From Anolis carolinensis (Eukaryota), in assembly GCF_035594765.1 (NCBI RefSeq), contig NC_085843.1, forward strand, positions 19,173,955-19,237,954: a stretch of 64,000 nt of DNA. The letters are read 5' to 3'. Every line of letters begins with the position of its first letter. The stretch's first letter is position 1. The notes beneath the pieces are model-generated. The model made no database searches, had not been told where the DNA came from, and worked only from the letters and a program-made list of their open reading frames with translations. Shown here piece by piece: positions 49,964 through 62,989 of the stretch. The position numbers were made by a program, and so were the translations under genes.

Positions 49964-51615
49964 GATAATGACATGTTCTCAGTTATTAAAAACATAACCA
50001 AGCTAAATATGATTAGTGCAATGGGATTGTCAGGTTTCAAAGGCATTCCCGAATGCAAGACGGTATGCCTTGTCTTGGATTATATGCCTGCTTTCGAAAC
50101 ATACAACTTTATGCTGTCAGTTTTTGAATTTTTTAAAGTCACAGCTTGGATGCCTATACATGGAAATGTTAGCAACATCTATAGAAGTGACTTCGTGAGT
50201 AGGATTCTAGAATCCACCAGTGGCTTTAATTTTTAAAATATAGATGGATTCCTAATTTGTTGTTGCCACATGATAAGCAGTTTGTTGCCTTACACGTTGG
50301 CCTACCAGTTCTGAAAACATTTTGGACTTATTCACATGATCCATTAACATGATTGATGTCTAAGAATTCGTGTATACAAAGTCTTTCTGAGGGGATCTAT
50401 ACATATGTTTTCCTATCCACTTGGAAAGTTTGTACCAGGCAGAAATGGGATAGATTGTCATCTGCATGTATGTCATCATAGTGTAAGAGCATACATGACC
50501 AAAAATACCCATCCCTTAAATAAATGTAGAATGGTTGTTCTTATTCAGTGAAGGTGTTTCTGAAAAAAATCACTTGGTGGCTATAACAGTCCAGAATTAC
50601 TCATTATAACTCACTTAAGTCTGAAGTACACTGGAAAAAGTGAGGGGCATCCTAAAACACTAAGAACATAATCTGAGGTCCCTGTTTGAATTTGTACTTA
50701 AAAGCATGGAAATTCTTTTTAAGTCAGTGGAACTTTCTTGAATGTAAATGTGGTTATCTGTGAAGTATTACAATGTGGTTCATAAACGACTTGAATTGAC
50801 ATACTTAAGATGACTAGGATGTGGTTTTGTTTACTTATCAGCACACACTGCTTCTATGAAATATACATATTTATAAACATTCCAGAGTAGCTAAAATCAA
50901 TAAAATACTATTTTCTTAACCATATTATAATTATAGGTTAATAATAAGATAATTTAATAGCCAGTTTCAGTGAACTGTAATTTCTCAACATAACCCTGGA
51001 TATCTAAATCAAAGCTTCAGGAGTTGCCAATCTAAGTAATTGTAGTCTTATCAAATCTAGTGGCTTGCCTTAAGGCAACACTGCAAATTTAAATCTGTTT
51101 GACATCCCCAAACAAATCATGAGAATTATAGTTTTGACTGCATTCTGAGATTTCCTCAGAAAATGATGTCTTTGTTGTAACTTAGTATATACACCAAAAA
51201 TATATCTAGTTCCCTAGATTTCCTGATTGGGAACTGTGAAAAGATGGCAATTTTGTAACGATTAGGAATGCATAATACAGAGATGGCAAATTTCTTGTAT
51301 ACCCAAACAGTGAAAACTAGCCAAGATCTACTGCAGGACTTAGAACCAAATTCCCTAGATTTTGGATCGAGGAATGCTGGGAGATGAAGTCCATTTTAGA
51401 TAGGCAATCCATTTTTTAAAAGCTGTAAAGCACTTTTGCATCGTTATCAAGGCGGAGAAAGGAGTATTTATTATTGTACGAAATGGCTTGTCAAACAGAT
51501 GCGGTCATAGTTCACTTCACAGTTTGTTAAATCTTTGTGAGATTCTTGTTCACTTTGGAAAAGTGCATGAAAAGTGAAACTGAATGTAATTGAGTTTAAT
51601 ACAGGTAACACTTGA

Positions 51616-51661
51616 AATAAAGTATACTGTAATTCTGCTGTGAGTCTTATTTAAAAATAAA
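51616..51661 (+). terminator. Candidate distal ANKRD49 poly(A) signals (two AATAAA)
   Basis: AATAAA at 51616-51621 and 51656-51661, at the end of a repeat-poor AU-rich tract; an alternative hexamer lies at about 50899. Confidence 0.4.
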
Positions 51662-52226
51662 ATATTTAACACAACAACCTGGTTGGGTCTTCTGTTGCAA
51701 AAGAACTCAGGGATGAGATACGAGCAGTATTCAGGATTCTAATGGAGGCTTCAGAGAGAGCTAAAGACCTTATAAAACCGCAACTCTCATGATTCCATAG
51801 TACTGAGCCATTGATGTTAAAATGGAATCAAACTGCATTAACTTCCATAGTTAAGATGCACACTTAGCGGGGGGCTCCCAAAAAGGATTCCTTCAAAGGG
51901 CACCACAAAATTAGAAATGCAGGACTAAAAGGGCACCCTACAAAAAAAGGCCAGGTTCAGTAGTCACTTTTTGTTAAATACTCTCATTGAACTACACAAA
52001 CAATTCTGTATAAAAGGGGTGAGCTTTGTAACTTTAGTTACAGATGCCAAACTAACTAATTCCCTTCATTCTCATTCTGCTTATTGGGAAAGGGGTTATT
52101 TTTCCATCCACACACTTTCTGTAACTCACATATCAAAATGTGGATGCCACTGGCCACACTGTCACATTATTTCGACAGTATTTCCCAGTCTAGCCAATGA
52201 AGAAGCCTTCAGAGTTTTTGAAGGTT

Positions 52227-52685
52227 GATGTGGCACAGGCTGTTGAGCAACTGCAATAAATCACTCTGACCATGAGGTCATGAGTTCGAGGCCAGCCCGT
52301 GGCGGGGTGAGCACCCGTCAATTAAAAATAAAAAATAGCCCCTGCTCGTTGCTGACCTGGCAACCCGAAAGATAGTTGCATCTATCAAGTAGGAAATAAG
52401 GTACCACTTATAAAAAAAAGTGGGGAGGCAAGTTTAACTAATTTACAACCTGGAATGAGGAAGTGCCGTCAGAGTGGATGATGGAGCAGCTGCTCCCCCC
52501 TGTGGCCAGAATCAAACATCCCCTCAGGAGAAGGTTAAATTGCCTCTGCGTCTGTCTGTCTCGGTCTCTGTTTGATGTGTTTATGGGCATTGAATGTTTG
52601 CCCTATGTGTGTATAATGTGATCCGCCCTGAGTCCCCTTCAGGGTGAGAAGGGCAGAATATAAATACTGTAAATAAATGAATAAA
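52227..52685 (+). mobile_element. tRNA-headed SINE with L2-type tail
   Basis: GAGTTCGAGGCC B box; CCGCCCTGAGTCCCC...AAATAAAT tail. Confidence 0.8.
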
Positions 52686-52852
52686 TGTTTATTGTTGTGT
52701 ATCTTTGCATCATTTTTGACTTATGGTAACCCTAGAGTGTATGACTTGTCCATGATCACCCAGTGTGTTTCCATGGTTGAGTCAGGATTCGAACCCTGGT
52801 CTCCAAAATCATAATTCAACACTGAAGCCACTACACTGTCCTGGCTAGCTAG

Positions 52853-52853
<1 letters not shown>

Positions 52854-52887
<34 letters not shown>
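52854..52887. repeat. (TG)n microsatellite
   Basis: Directly visible. Confidence 0.95.
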
Positions 52888-52888
<1 letters not shown>

Positions 52889-53229
52889 CTTTTTGGGTGG
52901 CTCAGTTACTATAGAATGGATTTGGGATCTTACCTTATGGCAACAACATCTATCTGTAACATTTTCATCCAGTAGTTCATTTTCTGTCTCTCTCTGTTGC
53001 TGTCTTTCAGTTCTTTATTTTTCGTGTGTCATGCCTTAAATTTAGATTGGGAGCCTGGGGACGAGAACTGACACCTACATATGTTGTAAGTCTTGTATGT
53101 TTGTTTACACACATGCTAAGGGAACAGGCTAAACACTTTAAATAAACAGCATCAATCATATCAAAAAGGGGCCAGCATGACATAGTGGTTTGAGACTGGA
53201 CTATGACTCTCAAAAACTATTTTCGAATC

Positions 53230-53640
53230 GTATTGTCGAAGGCTTTCATGGCCGGAAACCCTGGTTGCTGTGAGTTTTTCAGGAAGTATGGCCATGTTCC
53301 AGAAGCATTCTCTCCTGATGTTTTGCTCACATCTATGGCAGGCATCCTCAGAGGTTGTGAGGTTTGTTGGAAACTAAGCAAGTGAGATTTATATATCTGT
53401 GGAAGGTCCAGGGTGAGAGAAAGAACCTTTGTCTGTTGTAGGAAAGTATGAATGCTGCAATTAATCACTTTGATTTGCATTGAAAAGCCTTGCAGCTTCA
53501 AAGCCTGGCTGATTCCTGCCTGGAGCACTCCTTTGTTGGGAGGTGTTAGCTGACCCTGATTGTTTCATGTCTGGAATTCCCCTGTTTTCAGAGTGTTGCT
53601 CTTTATGTACTGTCCTGATTTTAGAGTTTTTTAAAAAATA
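53230..53640 (-). mobile_element. Penelope-like pLTR fragment
   Basis: Reverse complement of the tail plus pLTR seen in the other copies. Confidence 0.8.
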
Positions 53641-54059
53641 ATTGCAACATTTCCATGTTTTTATGATAGAACCAATTAGGAAATGGTATTTATAACACAG
53701 GAACAAACACTGTGTTGCATAGTGTAATTTAAAACCTAAAAAATATATATGAATATTGAACTAGGATTAGACATAGCAGATAAAAAGCAATAAAACCATT
53801 AGGAGTTACTAATGCAGCAGCTCCTAAGAGGATTAGCTAATACTGCCAGAATACTATGAGATACTGCCTGGCAAAATCTTGATTCTTGCACATTGTGATG
53901 CTCAAGGTGTTACTGCAGCAGCTCCTCTAAGACTATTAACTAATACAGTCAGTGGTGAGGAATACTAAGATACATTGCCTGAATTATTTCACATTGCCCA
54001 TTCCTAACTTAAGTGATGGATGAATATCTACTATTCAGGGTGTGAGGTTTTGTGAAGTG

Positions 54060-54294
54060 GTTTTGTGTATTTTCCAGGCTGTATGGCCATGTTCCGGAAG
54101 CATTCTCTCCTGACGTTTCACCCACATCTATGGCAGGCATCCTCAGAGGTTGTGACGTACCTCACAACCTCTGAGGATGCCTGCCATAGATGTGGGTGAA
54201 ACGTCAGGAGAGAATGCTTCTGGAACATGGCCATACATTCCGGAAAACACACAACAACCCTGTGATTCTGGCCATGAAAGCCTTCAACAATAAA
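54060..54294. mobile_element. Penelope-like inverted pLTR pair with hammerhead motifs on both strands
   Basis: About 95-bp arms, 6-nt spacer CGTACC; imperfect TSD TTTTGTGAAGTG/TTTTGTGGAGTG. Confidence 0.87.
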
Positions 54295-54716
54295 TTTTGT
54301 GGAGTGCTCTTTGTTCAAGACCAAGTTATGGAAAACATCATATGCAGGAGCAAGCCACATACGTAGAAAATTAGAGACTACAGTCTTAGTCACCTAAGTG
54401 TTCTATGTTATCCTAATTTTTTTTTAAAGCAGTAACTAAAACACAGCTCTATACAGATTTCCTTGGAAACATGTCCCACACACCTTAGTCCCATACAAAT
54501 ATGCAGCTCAAAATGTGTCCAACAGCATGCTAGATTAAAGATTTTACTTCTTCTCTGCGCCCACATAATGCCTCCAAATTATTTTTTAAAACCATGATAA
54601 AATTAAATAGGTTGGAGATGCCTTGATGGAGAAGGCTTCGTCTGTAGAGCTTTCGGCCATTCTGCAGCTATGAAAGAGTGAGAACCAACATGTATGCAGG
54701 AATGACAATGAGCTAG

Positions 54717-54719
<3 letters not shown>

Positions 54720-54768
<49 letters not shown>
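54720..54768. repeat. (GT)n microsatellite
   Basis: Directly visible. Confidence 0.95.
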
Positions 54769-54772
<4 letters not shown>

Positions 54773-55121
54773 TGAATGATTCCTCCACAACCAAACCCTT
54801 TAACAGCTATGGTGATCACTTGGAGGCTAAGGGAATACATTTATATTGAAGAATCAATGTTGTAATAGTGATCTAACCAAAACTCCATTTTAGAATCATA
54901 GAATAATAGAGTTGGAAGAGACCACATGGGCCATCTAGTCCAACTCACTGTCATGCAAGAAAAGTGCAGTAAAGTATCCCTGACAGATGACCATAATAAT
55001 TTGCTCCCTCAACAGTCCGAAAGATTGTGAACCAGCCCTTTGCTTAAAAAGTTTGAGGACTCCTGCTCTACTGTATATATATGTGTGTGTATGTAGGGAT
55101 ATGTGTTAAACACAAATAGGA

Positions 55122-55443
55122 TCCCCCAATGGCGCAGCGGGTTAAACTATTGAGCTGCTGAACTTGCTGATTGAAAGGTCAGTGGTTCAAATCTGGGGAA
55201 TGGGGTGAGTTCCTGCTGTTAGCCCCAGCTTCTGCCAACTTACCAATTCAAAAGCATGCAAATGTGAGTAGACTGATAGGTACTGCTCCAGCAGGAAGGT
55301 AAGGGTGCTCCATGAGGTCACACCAGCCACATTAACATGGAGGTGTCTACGGACAATGGCTTAGAAATGGAGATGAGCATCAACCCCCAGAGTTGAACAC
55401 AACTACACTTACACTTAATGTAGGTGGAAAACCTTTACCTTTA
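55122..55443 (+). mobile_element. Sauria SINE
   Basis: TGGCGCAGCGGGTTAAA head, GGTTCAAATC B box, (ACCTTT)n tail. Confidence 0.82.
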
Positions 55444-55446
55444 TAA

Positions 55447-56773
55447 CAGTGTTTCTCAACCTGGGGGTTGGGACCCCTGGGGGGGTCGCGAGGGGGTGTC
55501 AGAGGGGTCGCTAAAGACCAGTATTTTCTGTTGGCCATGGGGGTTCTGTGTGGGAAATTTTGCCCCATCCTATCTTTGGTGGGGGTTCAAGGGGCTCTTT
55601 GATTGTAAAAAAAGGTAAAGGTTTCCCCTGACGTTAAGTCCAGTCTTGTCCGATTCTGGGGGTTGGTGCTCACCTCCATTTCTAAGCCGAAGAGCCGGCG
55701 TTGTCTGTAGACACCTCCAAGGTCATGTGGCCGGCATGACTGCATAGAATGCTGTTACCTTTCCACCGGAGCAGTACCTATTGATCTACTCACATTTGCA
55801 TGTTTTCGAACTGCTAGGTTGGCAGAAGCTGGAGCTAACATTGGGTGCTCACTGCTCCCCGGATTTGAACCTGGAACCTTTCAGTCTGCAAGTTCAGCAG
55901 CTCAGCGCTTTAACACACTACGCCACTGGAGTGAGCTATAAATCCCAGCAACTACAACTTCCAAATGTCAAGGTCTATTTTCCCTAAATTTCACCAGTGT
56001 TCACATTTGGGCATATTGAGTATTTGTGCCAAGTTTGGTCCAGATCCATCATTGTTTGAGTCCATGGTGCTCTCTGGATTTTTTTTTTTTTTCGTGTCAG
56101 GAGCAACCAGAGTTGCTTCTGGAGTGAGAGAATTGGCCGTCTGCAAGGACGTTGCCCAGGGGACGCCCGGATGTTTTGATGTTTTACCATCCTTGTGGGA
56201 GGCTTCTCTCATGTCCCCGCATGGAGCTGGAGCTGAAAGAGGGAGCTTATCCACACTCTCCCCGGGTGGGATTCGAACCTGGCAGCTTTCAGGTCAGCAA
56301 CCCAACCTTCAAGTCACGAGGCTTTTATCCCCTAGGCCATCGGAGGCTCCGCTCTCTGGATGTAGGTGAACTACAAGTCCCAAATTCAAGGTCAATGCCC
56401 ACTAAACCTTTCCAGTATTTTTCTGTTGGTCATGGGAGTTTGGTTCAGTTCCATCTTTGGTGGAGTCCAGAATGCTCTTTGATTGTAAGTAAGCTATAAA
56501 TCCCTGCAACTACAACTCCCAAATGACAAAATCGCACGCACACACACGCACCCTGCAACCGCACCAGTATTCAAATTTGGGCATATCGGGGGCAAATTTG
56601 GGCGTATTGGGGCAAATGCATCCTGCATATCAGATATTGACATTACGATTCGTAACAGTAGCAAAATGACAGTGATGAAGTAGCAAGGAAAATAATTTTA
56701 GGGTTGGGGGGTTATCACAACACGAGGAACTGTATTAAGGGGTCGTGGCAATTAGGAAGGTTGAGAACCACTG
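55447..56773. mobile_element. Non-autonomous hAT element containing two nested SINEs (Sauria SINE 55612-55930 -, tRNA SINE 56080-56350 -)
   Basis: CAGTGTTTCTCAACCT / AGGTTGAGAACCACTG TIRs; perfect 8-bp TSD CTTTATAA. Confidence 0.88.
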
Positions 56774-56889
56774 CTTTATAATAACATGAGCACGCACACA
56801 TACAAATACGCATGCATCTGTTTGGACTTATTCCCGCAAAGCCCCAGGAGAGGAGGAGGAGGAGGAGGAGGAAGCCTTCTGGGCTTCGG

Positions 56890-56903
56890 GCTCCTATGGC
56901 AAC
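56890..56903 (+). promoter_or_regulatory. RFX X-box-like motif upstream of C11orf97
   Basis: GCTCCTATGGCAAC (intact ATGGCAAC half-site) and a second GGCAAC, in a small CpG-rich patch about 85 bp before the ATG. Confidence 0.5.
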
Positions 56904-56986
56904 CTGGGCGAGGAGGCAACGCAGGGCATTATGACTCCTGCTCTGATTATGGTGTTGATGAGGATAATGGGCACCTGTCACGGAGC

Positions 56987-57080
56987 ATGAGAGCGGCGGA
57001 CGGGCAGCAGCCGGAGCCCAGGGCGGGCGCCTCGGGAAGCCGGGTCTATGCGGAGTACAATGGAGAGGGAAAGCAGCCCT
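56987..57080 (+). CDS. C11orf97: C11orf97 orthologue, coding exon 1
   Basis: MRAADGQQPEP...GKQP + T|GTGAGT; T joined to GG of the next exon rebuilds the W of WKKF; synteny after ANKRD49. The start codon choice is less certain than the donor. Confidence 0.78.
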
Positions 57081-57303
57081 GTGAGTCTGGGCGGGGGGGA
57101 GTAAGAGAGGGTCCTTCTTGGGTCCCTAGGTGGGTGAATCCCTCGTGGATCTCGCCCTGGGGAGACATGCCCGCTGCCCCCTTCCCCTATTCAACAAAGG
57201 CTGGGTGGCCCTCTGTCGGGAGTGCTTCACTTGTGCCTTCCTGAATGGCAAGGGATCTGGCTGAATCGCCCTTGCGCCCATCACTGGACCCAGATTTGTA
57301 TTA

Positions 57304-57585
57304 GGTAAAGGTAAAGGTTTTCCCCTGACATTAAGACTAGTGGTGTCGGACTCTGGGGGTTGGTGCTCATCTCCATTTCTAAGCCGAAGAGCCGGTGTTG
57401 TCCTTAGACACCTCCAAGGTCATATGGCAGGCATGACTGCATGGAGCGCTGTTACCGTCCTGCCGGAGCGGTACCTTTTGATCTACTCACATTTGCATGT
57501 TTTCAAAGTGCTAGGTTGGCAGAAGCTGGGGCTAACAGCAAATTCAGCAGCTCAGCAATTTAACCCACTGACCCATCGGGGCTCC
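57304..57585 (-). mobile_element. Sauria SINE, internally deleted
   Basis: (AAAGGT)n at left; homologous to 55612-55930. Confidence 0.8.
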
Positions 57586-57618
57586 CAGATTTGCAACATG
57601 GCCCATTATTATCCACAT

Positions 57619-57894
57619 TTTATTCCCTCCGGTGGCCTAGGGGATAAAAGCCTCGTGACTTGAAGGTTGGGTTGCTAACCTGAAGGCTGCCAGGTTCGAA
57701 TCCCACCGGGGGGGGGGGGGAGCGTGGATGAGCTCCCTCTATCAGCTCCAGCTCCATGCGGGGACATGAGAGAAGCCTCCCACAAGGATGGTAAAACATC
57801 AAAACATCCAGGTGTCCCCTGGCCAACGTCCTTGCAGACGGCCAATTTTCTCACTCCAGAAGCAACTCCGGTTGCTCCTGGCACGAAAAAAAAA
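57619..57894 (+). mobile_element. Young tRNA-headed SINE
   Basis: GGTTCGAATCCC B box, poly(A), TSD ATCCACAT. Confidence 0.85.
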
Positions 57895-58204
57895 ATCCAC
57901 ATGGAGATGGTTTATCTAGATTCCCATGATCCTCTCTCACCCTTATTAGAAATATCTGCACCCAGTCTCTGGGCACACATCCCTTTGAAAAATAAATGGC
58001 AATCATAACCTCCCCTGTGGGAGAAGAGCTGTATATAAATTAAACAAATAAATAAATTATTGAAATGGGAAAAAATGATGTCATAAACCGTTTGGCCAAT
58101 GTGAATCTCCATGACCGCCTTTTGAAAACCACTAGTCAAGAAAAAGCATGACCTTGTTAGAAGTCAGCCCTTTGAACAAGTGATATTCATAAGCATTCCT
58201 GTTT

Positions 58205-58510
58205 ATTTATTTCGTATCAAAAGCATTGCATAAATTAGTATAAAACTAATTAAAAATTGAAGGAGCACAAGTGACTAAATATCTTTTGACCAAAAATGGG
58301 CAACAGCGATCGCATTGTCTGTAGCCTCATACAATTCTTCCTCTGTACATGAGAGAAGACACTATGGACAAGCATACAGATGCGGAGTTCTCTGCTCTGC
58401 TCCACAGTTGCACAAGGTAGAGGTTTCTTTTACATAGTGCCTTTTTGCCAGGTTGTCTTTTGATCTGCCAGCTCCACTTCTGAGTCTGTTCAGGGACTTC
58501 GAAGTTCCAT
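58205..58510 (-). mobile_element. Ingi/Vingi-like LINE 3' end
   Basis: Minus strand KSLNRLRSGAGRSKDNLAK...LCNCGAEQRTPHLYACP, a C-terminal CCHC motif. Confidence 0.65.
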
Positions 58511-58569
58511 TACAAGCATTCATGTAATGGCACACAGGTAACTCAGCTGTTAAACTGAAGAACCATGTC

Positions 58570-59590
58570 CTGCTTGAGGCAAATGTGAATGTTGCAATTG
58601 GCCACCTTGATTATTTATTTTATTATTTATTTTATTTACAGTATTTATATTCCGCCCTTCTCACCCCGAACGGGACTCAGGGCGGATTACAATGAACACA
58701 TATATGGCAAACATTCAATGCCAATAGACAAACAACATTCAGTTTTTAGACAGACACAGAGGCATTTTTTTAACATCTTCCAGCTTCACGATTTCCGGCC
58801 ACAGGGGGAGCTGTTGCTTCACCGTCCATTGGTGGCTGTTCTTCCTCATTCTTTTCCTCGTGAGCAGTTTTATGGTGTTGTAGATTAGTTAAATTAGCCT
58901 CCCGCATAAAGCGTCCCTAAATTTCCCTAATTGACAGATTCAACTGTCTTTCGGGGCTGCTAGGTCAACAGCAAGCCGGGGCTATTTTTTTTTTTTTTTT
59001 TATGGTCGGAGGCTTAACCCGACCCAGACTTCGAACTCATGACCTCTCGGTCAGTAGTGATTTATAGCAGCTGGTTACTAGCTAGCTGCGCCACAGCCCG
59101 GCCCCATTAAATAGCCTTGTGGCTACAAAGCCTGTCTGCTTCCTGCCTGAGGGAATACTTTGTTGGGAGGAGATTAGCTGGCCCTGACTCTTTCTTGTCT
59201 GGAGTTCCCCTGTTTTTAAGTCTTGTTCTTTATTTTAAAAACTCTAAAATCAGGACATTAAATAAAGAACAACACTCAAAAATAGGGGAATTCCAGACAA
59301 GAAACAGTCAGAGCCAGCTAATCACCTCCCAACAAAGGATTCCCCCAGGCAGGAAGCAGCCAGGCTTTGTAGCTGCAAGGCTATGTAATGCTAATCAAGG
59401 TGACCAATTGCAACATTCACACTTGCCTCAAGCAGACAAGAGTTATTTCTCCCACCCTGGACATTACTCCACAGAGATATAAACCCCACTTGCCTAGTTT
59501 CCAACAGACCTCACGTCTGAGGATGCCTGCCATAGATGTGGGTGAAACGCCAGGAGATAATGCTTCTGGAACATGGCCATACATCCTGGA
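58570..59590. mobile_element. Penelope-like inverted element interrupted by a tRNA-headed, L2-tailed SINE (about 58613-59105, -)
   Basis: The Penelope sequence GCCACCTTGATTA|CATTAAATAGCCTTG is split by the SINE; hammerhead-type motif at about 59517-59555. Confidence 0.78.
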
Positions 59591-61285
59591 AAACTCTCAG
59601 CAACCCAGTATCTTATCATCTTGTACATGTTATCAGTCCCCCTTGTTTGTTTCATTGATATACTGTCGTTGCTCCCAGGAACCGAAAGCAATTTACATGG
59701 CTACAGTTGTAAATTTTATCATCTCAACAATCCTACAAGGTAGTTTTGGTTGGGATATGGCAAATGGGTCATGGTCACCTTATGTGATTCCTGCACAGTC
59801 TTATGAAATCTTCCTCTGCCATATGTTAACATTTCCTAGGTCTCCCCCCACCCCTCAATTCCAGTCTAGCTCTCCAACTACAAAATGACACTCATTGTCA
59901 TGATAACTGTTATGACATTCCGTCCCCATGGAAATGTTTACACACAACAAAGGGGGATTTCATTGGACTGCAGAGAAGTGTCCAACTCCATTTCCCATTG
60001 TCAACAAAAACCATAGCAACTTGGAAGGGCCTGAATGCTCTAAAGCACAAGTGTCAAAGGCCACACCTTGCTCGTGGGTACCTTCAAAGGGCTGTTGAAT
60101 CTATGGGTAGAGAATCAATAGCTGTTGGTGCTCTACCCAGTTTGGGTTCCCAGAAGTTATTGAATGACAACTCCCATCACTTTTGGTTATCTGCTATGTG
60201 GACTGGGGATAACGGGAATTGCAGCCCAACAGCACTTGTGGCTCCGAGGTTGGAGAAAGGTAAAAGGGCATTTTGAAGTCAGGCATCATATCCACAAGTC
60301 TTATATCTAAATCCAAACCCCACTCTCCTGACTAAACAGAACAAACTGCAGCCTTCCAGATGTCACTGTCACATCTCTCATCAGCTCTAGTCATGATGTA
60401 TAATGATGAGGAAAACAAGAGTATTTGGGAGACTACATAAAATGACATCGCGGGTTGGATTTGACCCACGGGCCTTGAGTCTGACGCATGTGCTCTTCAT
60501 GTAACACATCCTTTCAGATCTTTGAAGATAAGCAGTGTCAGTCCTGGTTTGTACTTGGATAAGAGGTGCTGTAGGCAATGTTTCAAAGGAAGGAGCTGGC
60601 AAAACCACCTCTGAGGATTCCTTGTCTTAAAAGACCCCATGAAATTAGGAGCAATACAAATATCTAGCAATTTTCATTTGCAAATATTGTTGTCCTATGG
60701 TACCTCCTACCACAATTACTGTTCAGTTTCCAAGCAAACTTCTCAGTTTTATTGGAGCCTCCCCTTTTCCCATGGGCTTGCTGGAACACAGCTCACTTTC
60801 CAGTCCTTTACGACATCTATTTCTTGCTTAGAGCTTTATCTGATCCAGTGGATCCATACATTGTATGGAAGCATTATCCATTCATGTATATTTCAGCACA
60901 GCTTATATAATACACTATTGTTTTTACATACAGAAATTCATATAATCCCTTGGATCATCATGCAATGTGTATACATATCTTTGGCCATTACGGTTTTTAG
61001 AATGGATACAACCATATTTTGCTAGAGTTGTTGTATTTGTTTATTGTATGTGTGATGTGGCATTATATTTTGCCAATAATTGTAAGCTGCTTTGAGTCCC
61101 CTTTGGGGTGAGAAGAGCAGGGTATAAATATAATAAATACATAAATAAATACAGTATATTTAGGAAACAATGACAAATGTTATACAGCCACATTTTTATT
61201 ATTATGCACAATCATTTGTAGCCGCTTTGGGTCCTGTGAGGGAGAAAAGCGGGATATAAATAAAGAATTTTTATTAGTAGTAGTA

Positions 61286-61593
61286 CAGTAGAGTCTCACT
61301 TATCCAACATAAACGGGCCGGCAGAATGTTGGATAAGCAAATATGTTGGATAATAAGGAGAGATTAAGAAAAAGCCTATTGAACATCAAAATAGGTTATG
61401 ATTTTACAAATTAAGCACCAAAACATCATGTTATACAACAAATTTGACAGAAAAAGTAGTTCATTACACATTAATGCTATGTAGTAATTACTGTATTTAC
61501 GAATTTAGCACCAAAATATCACAATGCATTGAAAACATTGACTACAAAAATGCGTTGGATAATCCAGAACGTTGGATAAGTGAGACTCTACTG
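61286..61593. mobile_element. pogo/Tigger-like MITE
   Basis: CAGTAGAGTCTCACTTATCCAAC TIRs, TA TSD. Confidence 0.88.
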
Positions 61594-62451
61594 TAGTATT
61601 ATTATTGTTGTTATAAAATTGATGCTGTTTTCTACACAGAAGTATCTTTTTCTTAAAGGAGGACACATTAACAAGCACAACACACACTAAGACACAATTC
61701 TTCAACCTAGTGCTTTTCAAATGTTTTGAATCCAAACTCCCACCATCTCCAGAAAAGCTCTCATTATCTCTAGTCATTATTCTCAGGCAATGAAGATTGT
61801 GAGAGATGTCTAGCATATCAGGACTCCCTATATGGCTCCATATATTGTGTCTTCTTGCAACGTATGGCACAGCTTGTAGGCAGATTTTGCACATATTTGT
61901 CTGCAGTTCTATGGATTGCCGTCACTACATTTATCAGTTTATGCAAGCATTCATTTCCCTTAAAATGTCTAAAGAGCCTTGCTGCTTCCATTAGTCCAGC
62001 TTCTTGATTTTGCACATATGATCATCACAAAACCTCCAGGAAGATGACAAAAATCTCACAGAAATGGCCTGGAAATTCGTATTTAGTGCTTCTGAATAAA
62101 GAGGTTCCTTCTATCCAATGTGGTCTGCATTTTAAAAAGAGACAAAAAGAAAAAACACCTTCTGAATTGAGAAAAGCAGATTTCTGCAAGCACAATACAT
62201 TATGCAGGATTGCCCCATTTCTTTCTTTGTGTAGGTTGTACTTTTTGTACTTGATTGTACTTTTCCAGGCAGTGAACAAGGGTACCTCTTTCTAGAACAC
62301 TCCCTTCCCTGCTAAACAATGGGAGGAAAATTCTTTATTACAATTAATGTTTAATATATTAAGGACTAAGTTGAATATTATAAATAGTTTAATTAAGGTT
62401 CCACTAAGTAACTCTTTAGCTTATCCCTTGACATTGTATTTTTGAAAACAG

Positions 62452-62556
62452 GGAAGAAATTCGTATACGTTGAACCACCCAAGAGAGTCAAGGAGGTCCT
62501 TGAAGAAGAGCTTTGTTTTCGGAAGGATGAGTGTAGAGTTAAACACCCTTCAGAAG
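62452..62556 (+). CDS. C11orf97: C11orf97 orthologue, coding exon 2 (gene continues beyond the window)
   Basis: KKFVYVEPPKRVKEVLEEELCFRKDECRVKHPSE resembles human KKFLYCEPHKRIKEVLEEERHIKRDECHIKNP as I recall it; AG/GT bounded, 105 nt. Confidence 0.88.
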
Positions 62557-62671
62557 GTAATCTTGGCAACCAGAGAAAATGTGAAGAGAAATAAAATGGA
62601 AAGTTTTTATTGTGGAAAGTTGATGTGAAAATATACATGTGATGAATAGGTTGGAACCAGGTTTAGTCATA

Positions 62672-62989
62672 CAGTAGAGTCTCAGTTATACAAGCTAAAC
62701 CGGCAGAAGCTTGGATAAACAAATATCTTGGATAATAAGGAAGGATTAAGGAAACGCCTATTAAACATCAAATTAGGTTATGATTTACAAATTAAGCACC
62801 AAAACTTCATGTTATACAACAAATTTGACATAAAAAGTAGTTCAATGCGCAGTAATGTTACATTGTAATTACTGTATTTACAAATTTAGCACCAAAATAT
62901 CACAATATATTGAAAACATTGACTACAAAAATGGCTTGAATTATCCAGAGGCTTGGATAAGCGAGGCTTGGATAAGTGAGACTCTACTG
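62672..62989. mobile_element. pogo/Tigger-like MITE
   Basis: Same TIR family, TA TSD. Confidence 0.85.

Noticed and set aside
56786-57244. 152-aa ORF as a single-exon gene
   Set aside because: It begins in low-complexity sequence beside a hAT end and runs through a strong donor at 57081. Only 56987-57080 is supported as coding.
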